This document shows, one piece after another, positions 33,457-42,055 of a stretch of DNA of 44,607 nt. The notes beneath the pieces are model-generated. The model had not been told where the DNA came from. It saw only the letters and a program-made list of their open reading frames with translations, and ran no database searches. The position numbers were made by a program, and so were the translations under genes. This DNA is from Burkholderiales bacterium (GTDB lineage: Bacteria; Pseudomonadota; Gammaproteobacteria; Burkholderiales; SG8-39), in NCBI GenBank assembly GCA_036390555.1, contig DASWBP010000031.1, positions 1 to 44,607 on the forward strand. Reading direction: 5' to 3'. Positions within the stretch are counted from its first letter, which is position 1, and every line of letters starts with the position of its first letter.

Positions 33457-34587
33457 TTAGAGATCGACGCGCACGACCATCGAGAAGCCGTACTCGCTCA
33501 CCTCTTCCTGCGCCTGGCGCGAAGTGAACACGAAGCTCGCCGTCAGCCCCTTGCCGAAGTAGCGCCAGCCGGCGTTGAGCATGACGCTGTCGGGATCGTT
33601 GGCCGGCTGGTCGCCCGATGCGAACACGACCTGCTTGGCATCGCGCGTGTTCTCGTACAGCGCGCCGAAGAACACCTCCGCGTTGCCGCGGCCGTAGGCG
33701 GCCTCGCCGAGGAGGTTCCATTGCTTGCCGGTCTGCTTGCTGCTGGCGACCGTGGCGCCGAGGGCGCCCTGCTCCACATAGCCGTCCTGGTCCCGCCTCG
33801 AGCCCAAGTATCCGAGCGAGCCGATCAGTTTCCAGTCGCCCGCGGTCCAGACGTTGGTCAGGTTCGTCGAGACGAAGCCGCGCGTCGAGTCGAACTCGCT
33901 GTTCATGGTGAGCGTGCCGAAGGGCGGCGGGGTGCCGCCGCCCAGGGTCCGCGTCTGCTGCGTCGTGAACTGCCCGTAGCCGAAGATCAAGTCCAGGCTC
34001 AAGCTGTCCGTCAGCAGCCACGCAAAGTAGGGATTGACGTTGATGCCGCGCGTCTTCTCGTTGCCGCTGTTGAACGTGGTGGTGAAGTTGCTCGCTTCAT
34101 GGCCGATGGCGACGCCCATCACGTACTTGCTCGTGCGCGTGGCGTCGAAGCCGACCAGCAGGTTGTGCGTGGCGCCGTAGAAGGCGGTGCGGTAGAAGTG
34201 GTTCTCCAGCGAATTGGTCGCGGCGCTGATCCACACGCTCTGGCTGTCGCCGCCGTCGCCGCCGTCGCCGCCGCCCGAGTCGCTGCCGGGGCCGGCGGCC
34301 AGGAAATCCACGTCGCTGCGGCTAGCCGCATGGCTGTTGGCCGCGAGGATGGCGCCGAGCCGCGCCGACTTCGCCGGGGCCTGCGGCCGCCGCAGGCCGA
34401 GCAGTTGCGCCCGGATGGTGCCCGCGATCGGCTGGACCTGCGTCTCGAGGGTGGTCGCGTCCGTGATGGTGTTGCTGGGGCTGCCCTGCTCCTCGGTCGG
34501 CGCCGGAGGCAGCGTGAAGGCGAATGCCGCGCTACCGAACAGCAGCAACGCAAACCCGAGAATCCTGCTGAGCGCCTTCTGGAGCAC
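33457..34587 (-). CDS. Autotransporter-type outer-membrane beta-barrel protein with a very short passenger
   Basis: Proposed GTG 34587 (SD GGAGAA 5 nt upstream) gives 376 aa. Signal peptide (M)LQKALSRILGFALLLFGSAAFA. About 110 aa of Pro/Gly/Asp-rich N-terminal region are followed by roughly 260 aa of alternating-hydrophobicity strands ending ...GFSMVVRVDL. Confidence 0.65.
   Translation of the reverse strand: MLQKALSRILGFALLLFGSAAFAFTLPPAPTEEQGSPSNTITDATTLETQVQPIAGTIRAQLLGLRRPQAPAKSARLGAILAANSHAASRSDVDFLAAGPGSDSGGGDGGDGGDSQSVWISAATNSLENHFYRTAFYGATHNLLVGFDATRTSKYVMGVAIGHEASNFTTTFNSGNEKTRGINVNPYFAWLLTDSLSLDLIFGYGQFTTQQTRTLGGGTPPPFGTLTMNSEFDSTRGFVSTNLTNVWTAGDWKLIGSLGYLGSRRDQDGYVEQGALGATVASSKQTGKQWNLLGEAAYGRGNAEVFFGALYENTRDAKQVVFASGDQPANDPDSVMLNAGWRYFGKGLTASFVFTSRQAQEEVSEYGFSMVVRVDL
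34246..34272. repeat. Three perfect tandem copies of the 9-bp unit GTCGCCGCC (encodes (GGD)3 on the minus strand)
   Basis: Copies at 34246..34254, 34255..34263 and 34264..34272 are identical. They are in frame within the passenger/linker region (…SGGGDGGDGGDS…). Confidence 0.9.
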
Positions 34588-34678
34588 GGTGTTCTCCGAA
34601 GTCCTGGATGCGGTTCCCCGCCGCGTGGTCAGGATAATGCAACGCGTGGACGGAAACAACATCACGCCCCCCTTGCGG

Positions 34679-35635
34679 CTAGTCCACGCGGATGCCGAGC
34701 TCCGTGATCAGGCGCCCGTACTTCTCGAAGTCGTCGCGCAGCAGGCGCGCGAGGTGCTCGGGGTTGCCGCCCACGGGCTCGAGCGCGGCCTGCGCATAGC
34801 GCTCGCGGATCGCGAGCTCGCCTAGCGCCTTGCCGATCTCGGCGTTGAAGCGCTGCACGACCGGTGCGGGCGTCCCGGCCGGCGCGAACACGGCGAGCCA
34901 CTGCTCGATCACCAGCCCGGGCACGCCCGCCTCCTGGTAAGTAGGCACATCCACGAGGCTCGGCGCGCGCGTTGCCGTGGTCTGCGCGAGGAGCTTCAGC
35001 TTGCCGGCCTTGTAGTGCGGGATGAGGGGCGAGGAGCCCAGCGAGCCGAGCGGCACCTGCCCGCCCACGAGGTCCGCGATCGCCTGGCCGCCGCCCTTGT
35101 AAGGGACGTGCGTGAGCTGGATGCCCGCGATGCGCGCGAACCACTCGCCTGCCATGTGCTGCTGCGAGCCGGCGCCCGAGGTGGCGTAGCCGATGCCCGG
35201 CTTTTGCCGCGCAAGCGCCACCAGCTCCGCGACGCTCGAGACGCCGAGCGAGGGATGCGCCGCGAGCACCACCGGCTGGCGCGCGAGCTGGACGACCGGA
35301 ACGAAATCCTTGAACGGATCGAAGCCGACCTTGTACAGGTGCGGGTTGCTCGCGATCGCGTCGGGCGCGACGAGCAGCGTGTAGCCGTCGGGCGGGGCCT
35401 TCGCCGCCGCCTCCATGCCGATGTTGCCGCCGGCGCCGGCGCGGTTCTCCACGATCGCCGCATGCCCGCCGAGCGCCTGCCCCACGCGATCGGCCACGGG
35501 CCGTGTGGCGATGTCGGTGGAGCCGCCCGGGGGATACGGCACGATCCAGCGCACCGACTTCGCCGGCCAGGCCTGCGCCAGCGCGGCGCTGGAGGCAAAT
35601 GCGAGGACCGCTGCTGCTAGACGCGCATATGACAT
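34679..35635 (-). CDS. Bug-family (TctC-like) substrate-binding protein
   Basis: 318 aa. Signal peptide MSYARLAAAVLAFASSAALAQA. Bug signatures: VRWIVPYPPGGSTD, ENRAGAGG, VPYKGG. Confidence 0.85.
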   Translation of the reverse strand: MSYARLAAAVLAFASSAALAQAWPAKSVRWIVPYPPGGSTDIATRPVADRVGQALGGHAAIVENRAGAGGNIGMEAAAKAPPDGYTLLVAPDAIASNPHLYKVGFDPFKDFVPVVQLARQPVVLAAHPSLGVSSVAELVALARQKPGIGYATSGAGSQQHMAGEWFARIAGIQLTHVPYKGGGQAIADLVGGQVPLGSLGSSPLIPHYKAGKLKLLAQTTATRAPSLVDVPTYQEAGVPGLVIEQWLAVFAPAGTPAPVVQRFNAEIGKALGELAIRERYAQAALEPVGGNPEHLARLLRDDFEKYGRLITELGIRVD

Positions 35636-35659
35636 GAGGGCCTCCCGGGAGAGGCCCTC
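35636..35659 (-). promoter_or_regulatory. 9-bp hairpin abutting the Bug start codon and enclosing its SD
   Basis: The minus-strand RNA would read GAGGGCCUC-UCCCGG-GAGGCCCUC-AUG. The arms (35651..35659 and 35636..35644) are exact complements. The GGGAGG SD spans the loop and 3' arm. Confidence 0.4.
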
Positions 35660-35688
35660 ACGTTAGCAACAAACCCCGGGCAGGGAAA

Positions 35689-36573
35689 CTAGTTGGAGAC
35701 CCCCGGCTCGGTGACGCCGTGCATGCCGCGCAGCTGGGCGGCGAGCGCCTCGGCATCGCCCCTGGTCGGCAGGCGCGAGATGCGCACGTGGTAGATGCGC
35801 TTCTCGCCCGCCTTCGCCGGATGGATCTCGGCGGCATAGCCCGCCGTGCGCAGCTGCGTGTAGACCTCGAGCGCTTCGCCCTGCGTGGGCGCCGTCGCGA
35901 GCGTCACGCGCCACTTGCCGCCGAGCCGCGCCGCGCCCTGGCCGTCGGCGATCTCGGTCTGCTGCGCCCACTGCACGAGCTGCGCCGGCTCGACGAAACC
36001 GACGGGCGCGGTCTTGCCTTTGTCGCGCTGGTAGAACTGCCTCTCCTGGTCCATCACCACCGGCGTTTCGCCTTCGGCGCCGACCTCGATCCTGCCTTCG
36101 ATCAGGCAGACGACCTGCTTGTCCGCACGGTCGGACTTGCCCCACAGGTCGGTGCCGCGGATGCCGGCGGTCACGGTCGCGACACGGATCGTCACGTCGC
36201 GGCGCCGCTCCCTGGCGAGGGCGTCGGTGGTGAAGCGGAACGCGCCTTCCAGCACGTTGAGCGCCGCGCGGAACAAGCCGCCGCGATCGGGCGAGAGCTC
36301 GAGGATGCGCAGGCTCGCGTTCTCACCGAGCTTGATGAGGCTGCCCTCGGCGAGCTTGAGATACACGCGCGAGCCGGCGCCCGTCTTCACCTCGTCCCCG
36401 CCGCGCAGCTCCATGCCCGGCGCCAGCGGGATGCGGCGGATGCCGCCGGCCACCGCCCGCTCGGCCCACGCGGGCATCTGCACGCCTTCGACCACCCCGG
36501 CGGGCGCGGCCGCCGCTTGCAGGTCGGCGCCGGCCAGCAGCGCCGCGAACAGCATTCCCAGGATGCGTTTCAT
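35689..36573 (-). CDS. Periplasmic FecR-domain protein with a C-terminal SPOR (peptidoglycan-binding) domain
   Basis: 294 aa. Signal peptide MKRILGMLFAALLAGADLQA. FecR-like core (GDEVKTGAGSRVYLKL.EGS.IKLGENA...GAFRFTTD...TAGIRGT). The C-terminal ~75 aa (WRVTLATAPTQGEALEVYTQLRTAGYAAEIHPAKAGEKRIYHVRISRLPTRGDAEALAAQL) fit the SPOR pattern. Strong SD GGGGAGG. Confidence 0.7.
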   Translation of the reverse strand: MKRILGMLFAALLAGADLQAAAAPAGVVEGVQMPAWAERAVAGGIRRIPLAPGMELRGGDEVKTGAGSRVYLKLAEGSLIKLGENASLRILELSPDRGGLFRAALNVLEGAFRFTTDALARERRRDVTIRVATVTAGIRGTDLWGKSDRADKQVVCLIEGRIEVGAEGETPVVMDQERQFYQRDKGKTAPVGFVEPAQLVQWAQQTEIADGQGAARLGGKWRVTLATAPTQGEALEVYTQLRTAGYAAEIHPAKAGEKRIYHVRISRLPTRGDAEALAAQLRGMHGVTEPGVSN

Positions 36574-36665
36574 CGGTCCTCCCCTCGCTTGGTACGCCTG
36601 CTTATACGGGAAATCACAGGGGGTGGATGCGCTAGAATCCGCGGCTTCCGCGCATTACCTCACGA

Positions 36666-39269
36666 ATGCAATCCCTCGACCGTTCCTACGAGCCGCGCAG
36701 CATCGAGCGCGAGGCCCAGGCCTTCTGGGCCGCCAAGAACTCGTTCCACGCGGACGAGGTTCCGGGCAAGGCCAAGTTCTACTGCCTGTCGATGTTCCCC
36801 TACCCCTCGGGCAAGCTGCACATGGGGCACGTGCGCAATTACACCATCGGCGACGTGCTGACGCGCTACTACCGCATGCGCGGCATGAACGTGCTGCAGC
36901 CTATGGGCTGGGACGCCTTCGGCCTGCCCGCGGAGAACGCGGCGATGGCCAACAAGGTGCCGCCGGCGAAGTGGACCTACGACAACATCGCCTACATGAA
37001 GCGCCAGCTGCAGGGGCTGGGCTTCGCGCTCGACTGGGCGCGCGAGCTCGCCACCTGCAGCCCCGAGTACTACAAGTGGAACCAGTGGCTGTTCACGCGG
37101 CTCTTCAGGAAAGGCCTCGCCTACCGCAAGTCCGGCGTCGTCAACTGGGACCCGGTGGACCAGACCGTGCTCGCCAACGAGCAGGTGATCGACGGCCGCG
37201 GCTGGCGCACGGGCGCGCTCGTGGAAAAGCGCGAGATCCCGATGTATTTCTTCCGCATCACGGCGTACGCCGAAGAGCTGCTCGAGGCGCTCGCGAAGAT
37301 GGACGGCTGGCCCGAGCAGGTCAAGCTGATGCAGAAGAACTGGATCGGCCGCTCCGAGGGCGTGAGGATCGGCTTTCCCTACGAGCTGCAGGGAGAGAAG
37401 AAGACGCTCTGGGTCTTCACCACGCGCGCCGACACGCTGATGGGCGCGACCTTCATGGCGGTCGCCGCCGAGCACCCGATCGCGGCCTACGCGGCGAAGG
37501 GCGATGCGCAGCTCGCTGCCTTCGTCGAGGAATGCAAGCGCGGCGCGGTGATGGAGGCCGACCTCGCGCAACTGGAAAAGAAGGGCATGCCGACGGGCCT
37601 TTACTGCGCGAATCCGCTCACCGGCGAGAAGCTGCCGGTGTGGGTGGGCAACTACGTGCTGATGGGCTACGGCGAGGGCGCGGTGATGGGCGTGCCGGCG
37701 CACGACGAGCGCGACTATGCCTTCGCGCTCAAGTACGGCCTGCCGATCAAGTGCGTGATCCGGCACCCGGCGGGCGATGCGGTGCCCGAGCCCTGGAAGC
37801 CGGCCTATGCCGAGTACGGCACCTGCATCAATTCGGGCAAGTACGACGGCCTTGCCTACCAGGCCGCGGTGGACGCGATCGCCGCGGACCTCAAGGCGAA
37901 AGGCCTCGGCGAAAAGCAGGTGCAGTGGCGCCTGCGCGACTGGGGCATCTCGCGCCAGCGCTACTGGGGCTGCCCGATCCCGATCGTGCACTGCGCGGCC
38001 TGCGGCGATGTGCCGGTGCCGGACAAGGACCTGCCCGTGGTGCTGCCCGAGAACCTGGTGCCCGACGGCACGGGCAATCCGCTCGCGAAGCTCCCTTCCT
38101 TCTACGAGACGAAATGCCCTGCCTGCGGCAAGCCGGCGAAGCGCGAGACCGACACCATGGACACCTTTGTGGATTCGTCCTGGTATTTCGCGCGCTTTGC
38201 CTGCCCGGACAACGACAAGGCGATGCTGGATGCGCGCGCGCGGTACTGGATGCCGGTGGACCAGTACATCGGCGGCATCGAGCACGCGATCCTGCACCTG
38301 CTCTACTCGAGGTTCTTTGCGCGCGCGCTGAAGGCCGAGGGGCTGCTCGCGGTGGAGGAGCCCTTCACCAACCTGCTCACGCAGGGCATGGTGCTCGCCG
38401 AGTCCTACTACACGGACGCGAGCGGCCGGCGCGAGTGGATCAACCCGGCCGACGTCGAAGTGACGCGCGACGCGAAAGGCAAGATCGTCGCGGCGAAAGC
38501 GAAGGACGGCCGCGCAGTGGTCTACGACGGCATCGGCACCATGTCCAAGTCGAAGAACAACGGCGTGGACCCGCAGGCGCTCATCGACCGCTACGGCGCC
38601 GACACCGCGCGCTTCTACATCATCTTCGCCTCGCCGCCCACCAACACGCTGGAATGGTCGGATGAAAGCGTCGAGGGCTCCTACCGCTTTCTGAAGCGCG
38701 TATGGGCCTACGCCGCGAAGTTCGATGAGCCTCGTCGCACGATGGCGGAAGGGCTGGCCAAGACGACACGGTTCGAGATTCATTCGGTGCTCAAGCAGGC
38801 GAACTACGACCTCGCCAAGCACCAGTTCAACACTGTCGCCTCCGCGGCCATGAAGATCTTGAACGCGCTGGAGAGATTTGATGGCGGACGATTCAAGGAG
38901 GATGGCGGAAGAAACACGGTTGTGGAGGAAGGTCTCTCGATTCTGCTGCGCCTTCTTTCCCCCATCACACCGCACATCTGCCACCACCTGTGGCGCGAGC
39001 TTGGCTTGGGACGAAAGGGCAGCCCAGAGCAGGACGACGTCATGCTCGCACCCTGGCCGGACCCGGACCCCGAGGCGCTCAAGCAGGACGAGATCGAGTA
39101 CGTGGTGCAGGTGAACGGCAAGACGCGCGGCAGCGTGCGCCTGCCCAAGGCCGCCGACCGCGCGCAGGTCGAGGCGAGCGCGGCGCAGTCCATGCAGAAG
39201 TACGTGGCCGGCCAGCCGATCAAGAAGGTGATCATCGTCCCGGGCAGGCTGATCAACATCGTCGTGTGA
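36666..39269 (+). CDS. leuS: Leucine--tRNA ligase
   Basis: 867 aa. HIGH-type motif [16 protein letters not shown] motif (GTMSKSKNN), and the CP1 editing domain. Confidence 0.95.
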   Translation: MQSLDRSYEPRSIEREAQAFWAAKNSFHADEVPGKAKFYCLSMFPYPSGKLHMGHVRNYTIGDVLTRYYRMRGMNVLQPMGWDAFGLPAENAAMANKVPPAKWTYDNIAYMKRQLQGLGFALDWARELATCSPEYYKWNQWLFTRLFRKGLAYRKSGVVNWDPVDQTVLANEQVIDGRGWRTGALVEKREIPMYFFRITAYAEELLEALAKMDGWPEQVKLMQKNWIGRSEGVRIGFPYELQGEKKTLWVFTTRADTLMGATFMAVAAEHPIAAYAAKGDAQLAAFVEECKRGAVMEADLAQLEKKGMPTGLYCANPLTGEKLPVWVGNYVLMGYGEGAVMGVPAHDERDYAFALKYGLPIKCVIRHPAGDAVPEPWKPAYAEYGTCINSGKYDGLAYQAAVDAIAADLKAKGLGEKQVQWRLRDWGISRQRYWGCPIPIVHCAACGDVPVPDKDLPVVLPENLVPDGTGNPLAKLPSFYETKCPACGKPAKRETDTMDTFVDSSWYFARFACPDNDKAMLDARARYWMPVDQYIGGIEHAILHLLYSRFFARALKAEGLLAVEEPFTNLLTQGMVLAESYYTDASGRREWINPADVEVTRDAKGKIVAAKAKDGRAVVYDGIGTMSKSKNNGVDPQALIDRYGADTARFYIIFASPPTNTLEWSDESVEGSYRFLKRVWAYAAKFDEPRRTMAEGLAKTTRFEIHSVLKQANYDLAKHQFNTVASAAMKILNALERFDGGRFKEDGGRNTVVEEGLSILLRLLSPITPHICHHLWRELGLGRKGSPEQDDVMLAPWPDPDPEALKQDEIEYVVQVNGKTRGSVRLPKAADRAQVEASAAQSMQKYVAGQPIKKVIIVPGRLINIVV

Positions 39270-39276
39270 TGGTGTA

Positions 39277-39771
39277 ATGGCGCTCATGCGCCCGCTCGCC
39301 GCGCTCGCCGGCCTCCTCCTCCTCGCCGCCTGCGGCTTCCAGCTGCGCGGCACCGCGAGCCTGCCCTTCGACACGGTCTTCGTGCCGAACGCCACCACCG
39401 GCATCGCGCTCGACATCAAGCGCAGCATCCAGGCCGGCACCAATGCGCGCGTGGTGGACGACGCGAAGAGCGCCGCGGCGCTGCTGCAGTTCAGCGAGGA
39501 GTCGCGCCGCAAGGAGATCCTCTCGCTCACGGCGGCGGGCCGCGTCAACGAATACCGCCTGTTCTACCGCGTCGGCTTCCGGGTGAGCGACGGCAAGGGC
39601 GGCGACTACCTGCCGCCGGTGACCATCCAGCTGTTCCGCGACATGACCTACGACGACAGCCAGGTGCTCGCCAAGGAAGCCGAGGAGCAGCTGCTGTTCC
39701 GCGACATGCAGCAGGACATGGTGCAGCAGGTCCTGCGGCGCATCGCCACCGCGAAGCCCGTCAAGTCGTAG
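39277..39771 (+). CDS. lptE: LPS-assembly lipoprotein LptE
   Basis: 164 aa. Lipobox LLLAAC followed by GFQLRG, typical of LptE. Conserved position directly after leuS. ATG 39286 is an alternative start. Confidence 0.85.
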   Translation: MALMRPLAALAGLLLLAACGFQLRGTASLPFDTVFVPNATTGIALDIKRSIQAGTNARVVDDAKSAAALLQFSEESRRKEILSLTAAGRVNEYRLFYRVGFRVSDGKGGDYLPPVTIQLFRDMTYDDSQVLAKEAEEQLLFRDMQQDMVQQVLRRIATAKPVKS

Positions 39772-39795
39772 GCGCGCGCGAGCCCTGCCGTCCCG

Positions 39796-40803
39796 ATGCT
39801 GATCCGCGCCGAGCAGCTCGAGCCGCACCTGAGGAAGGGTTCGCTCGCGCCGCTGTACACGATCCACGGCGACGAGCCGTTGCTCGCGCTCGAGGCGGCC
39901 GACGCGATTCGCGCCGCGGCGCGCAAGCAAGGCTTCGCCGAGCGCGAGGTGCTCCTCGCCGAGCGCAGCTTCGATTGGAGCGCGTTTGCCCACGCGGGCG
40001 CGAGCCGCTCGCTGTTCGGCGACCGCAAGCTCATCGAGCTGCGCGTGCCAGGCGGCAAGCCCGGCGCCGAAGGCGCCACGGCGATCCTCGCCCACTGCGA
40101 GCGGCTCGACCCTGAAGTGCTGACGCTCGTCAGCCTGCCGCGCCTGGACCGCGCGGGCCAGGCCTCGCCCTGGTTCGCGGCGCTCGCTGGCGCGGGCGTG
40201 GTGGTGGACGTGTGGCCGGTGGACCGCGCGCGCCTGCCCGAGTGGATCGGCGCGCGCCTCGCGCGCCAGGGGCAGAAGGCGCCGCGCGAGGTGCTGGAAT
40301 TCCTCGCCGCGCGCGTGGAGGGGAACCTGCTCGCCGCGCACCAGGAAGTGCAGAAGCTCGCGCTGCTTGCGCCCGAGGGCACCCTCGACCTGGAGACGGT
40401 GCAGGACGCCGTGGCCTCGGTCGCGCGCTACGACCCGGCGGACGCCGCCGAGGCGCTGGTCACGGGCGACCTGGCGCGCTACCAGCGCGTGCTGGAGGGC
40501 CTGCGCGGCGAAGGCGAGGCGCCGACCTACGTGCTGTTTCCGATCGCCGGCGCGCTGCTCGCGCTGCGCGGCGTGGCGGAGGGCAAGCCGCTCGAGCGTC
40601 TCTTCGGCGAGCTGCGCCTGTTCAACAAGCCGCTGCAGCGTGCGGTGCAGGCGGCGGCGCGGCGCCACCCGCGCGCCACGCTCGATGCGGCGATCGCGCA
40701 GGCGGCGCTCGCCGATCGCATGGCCAAGGGCGTCGCGCGCGGCGAAGTTTGGGATCAGCTCAGCGCCCTCGGGTTAAAATTGACCGGTGGATCAACAGCT
40801 TGA
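39796..40803 (+). CDS. holA: DNA polymerase III delta subunit
   Basis: 335 aa. N-terminal pattern [17 protein letters not shown] and conserved leuS-lptE-holA synteny. Confidence 0.85.
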   Translation: MLIRAEQLEPHLRKGSLAPLYTIHGDEPLLALEAADAIRAAARKQGFAEREVLLAERSFDWSAFAHAGASRSLFGDRKLIELRVPGGKPGAEGATAILAHCERLDPEVLTLVSLPRLDRAGQASPWFAALAGAGVVVDVWPVDRARLPEWIGARLARQGQKAPREVLEFLAARVEGNLLAAHQEVQKLALLAPEGTLDLETVQDAVASVARYDPADAAEALVTGDLARYQRVLEGLRGEGEAPTYVLFPIAGALLALRGVAEGKPLERLFGELRLFNKPLQRAVQAAARRHPRATLDAAIAQAALADRMAKGVARGEVWDQLSALGLKLTGGSTA

Positions 40804-42055
40804 CGTGAAGTCGTACATGCGCGGCCTCGGCGCGGCAGCGCGCGAAGCCGCGCGGCTGCTCGCGCGCGCGGACACGCAGGCGAAGGACCGGGCGCTCGCG
40901 GCGATGGCGCGGACGATCCGCGCGCGACAGGCGGAGATCCTCGCTGCCAACCGCGAAGACGTCGCGGAGGCCAAGCGCGCCGGGCGCGACGCCGCCTTCG
41001 TGGACCGCCTGACCCTCACCCCTGCGCTCATCGAGCAAATGGCCGAGGGCCTGGAGCAGGTCGCCGCGCTGCCCGATCCCGTAGGCCAGGTTACCGAGCG
41101 CGTCAAGCGCCCCACCGGCATCGAAGTGGCGCGCATGCGCGTGCCGATCGGCGTGATCGGCATCATCTACGAATCGCGGCCCAACGTGACCGCCGACGCG
41201 GCGGGCCTTTGCATGAAGGCGGGCAACGCCTGCATCCTGCGCGGCGGCTCGGAAGCGCTGCATTCCAACCAGGTGATCGCCTCTTGCGTGCGCGCGGGCC
41301 TCAAGGCCGCGGGGCTGCCCGAGGCGGCGGTGCAGGTGGTGGAAGTCGCCGACCGCGCCGCGGTGGGCGAGCTGATCACCATGCACGAGTTCGTGGACAT
41401 CATCGTGCCGCGCGGCGGCAAGGACCTGATCGCGCGCCTGATGCGCGAATCGCGCATCCCGATGCTCAAGCACCTGGACGGCGTGTGCCACGTGTACGTC
41501 GACGACCGCGCCGACCCGGCGATGGCAGTGAGGATCGCCGACAACGCCAAGACGCAGCGCTACGGCACCTGCAACACCATGGAAACGCTGCTGGTCGCCG
41601 AGGGCATCGCGCCGAAGTTCCTGCCCGAGATCGCCGCCATCTACCGCGCCAAGGGCGTCGAAATGCGCGCCGACGAGGCCGCGCGCAAGCTCGTCGCGGA
41701 GGCGAAGCCCGCGACCGACGAGGACTATCGCACCGAGTGGCTCGCACCGGTGGTGTCGATCCGCGTCGTGCCGGGCCTGGACGAAGCCATCGCGCATATC
41801 GCCAAGTACGGCTCGCAGCACACCGACGCCATCGTCACGCAGGACCAGGCGCGCGCGCAGCGCTTCCTGCGCGAGGTGGACTCGAGCTCGGTGCTGGTGA
41901 ACGCCTCGACGCGCTTTGCCGACGGCTACGAGTTCGGCCTGGGCGCCGAGATTGGCATCTCCACCGACAAGCTGCATGCGCGCGGCCCGGTGGGGCTGGA
42001 GGGGCTCACCACGCAGAAGTTCGTGGTGCTCGGCCACGGCGAGATCCGCAGCTGA
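40787..42055 (+). CDS. proA: Glutamate-5-semialdehyde dehydrogenase (gamma-glutamyl phosphate reductase)
   Basis: 422 aa. [22 protein letters not shown] and the catalytic-cysteine region [14 protein letters not shown]. Overlaps holA by 17 nt. Confidence 0.92.
   Translation: MDQQLDVKSYMRGLGAAAREAARLLARADTQAKDRALAAMARTIRARQAEILAANREDVAEAKRAGRDAAFVDRLTLTPALIEQMAEGLEQVAALPDPVGQVTERVKRPTGIEVARMRVPIGVIGIIYESRPNVTADAAGLCMKAGNACILRGGSEALHSNQVIASCVRAGLKAAGLPEAAVQVVEVADRAAVGELITMHEFVDIIVPRGGKDLIARLMRESRIPMLKHLDGVCHVYVDDRADPAMAVRIADNAKTQRYGTCNTMETLLVAEGIAPKFLPEIAAIYRAKGVEMRADEAARKLVAEAKPATDEDYRTEWLAPVVSIRVVPGLDEAIAHIAKYGSQHTDAIVTQDQARAQRFLREVDSSSVLVNASTRFADGYEFGLGAEIGISTDKLHARGPVGLEGLTTQKFVVLGHGEIRS

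Noticed and set aside
28623-34707. 867-aa (28623..31226) and 967-aa (31804..34707) plus-strand ORFs, plus the upstream part of the 919-aa ORF 15651..18410
   Set aside because: They overlap well-supported genes on the opposite strand or in another frame (uvrD, the autotransporter-like barrel, ttcA/folM-like/MidA-like). Only the last 213 codons of 15651..18410, the cytochrome, look real.
36660-39548. 962-aa minus-strand ORF antisense to leuS
   Set aside because: leuS on the plus strand is unambiguous (HIGH and KMSKS motifs). The antisense translation has no motifs and an Arg-rich composition.
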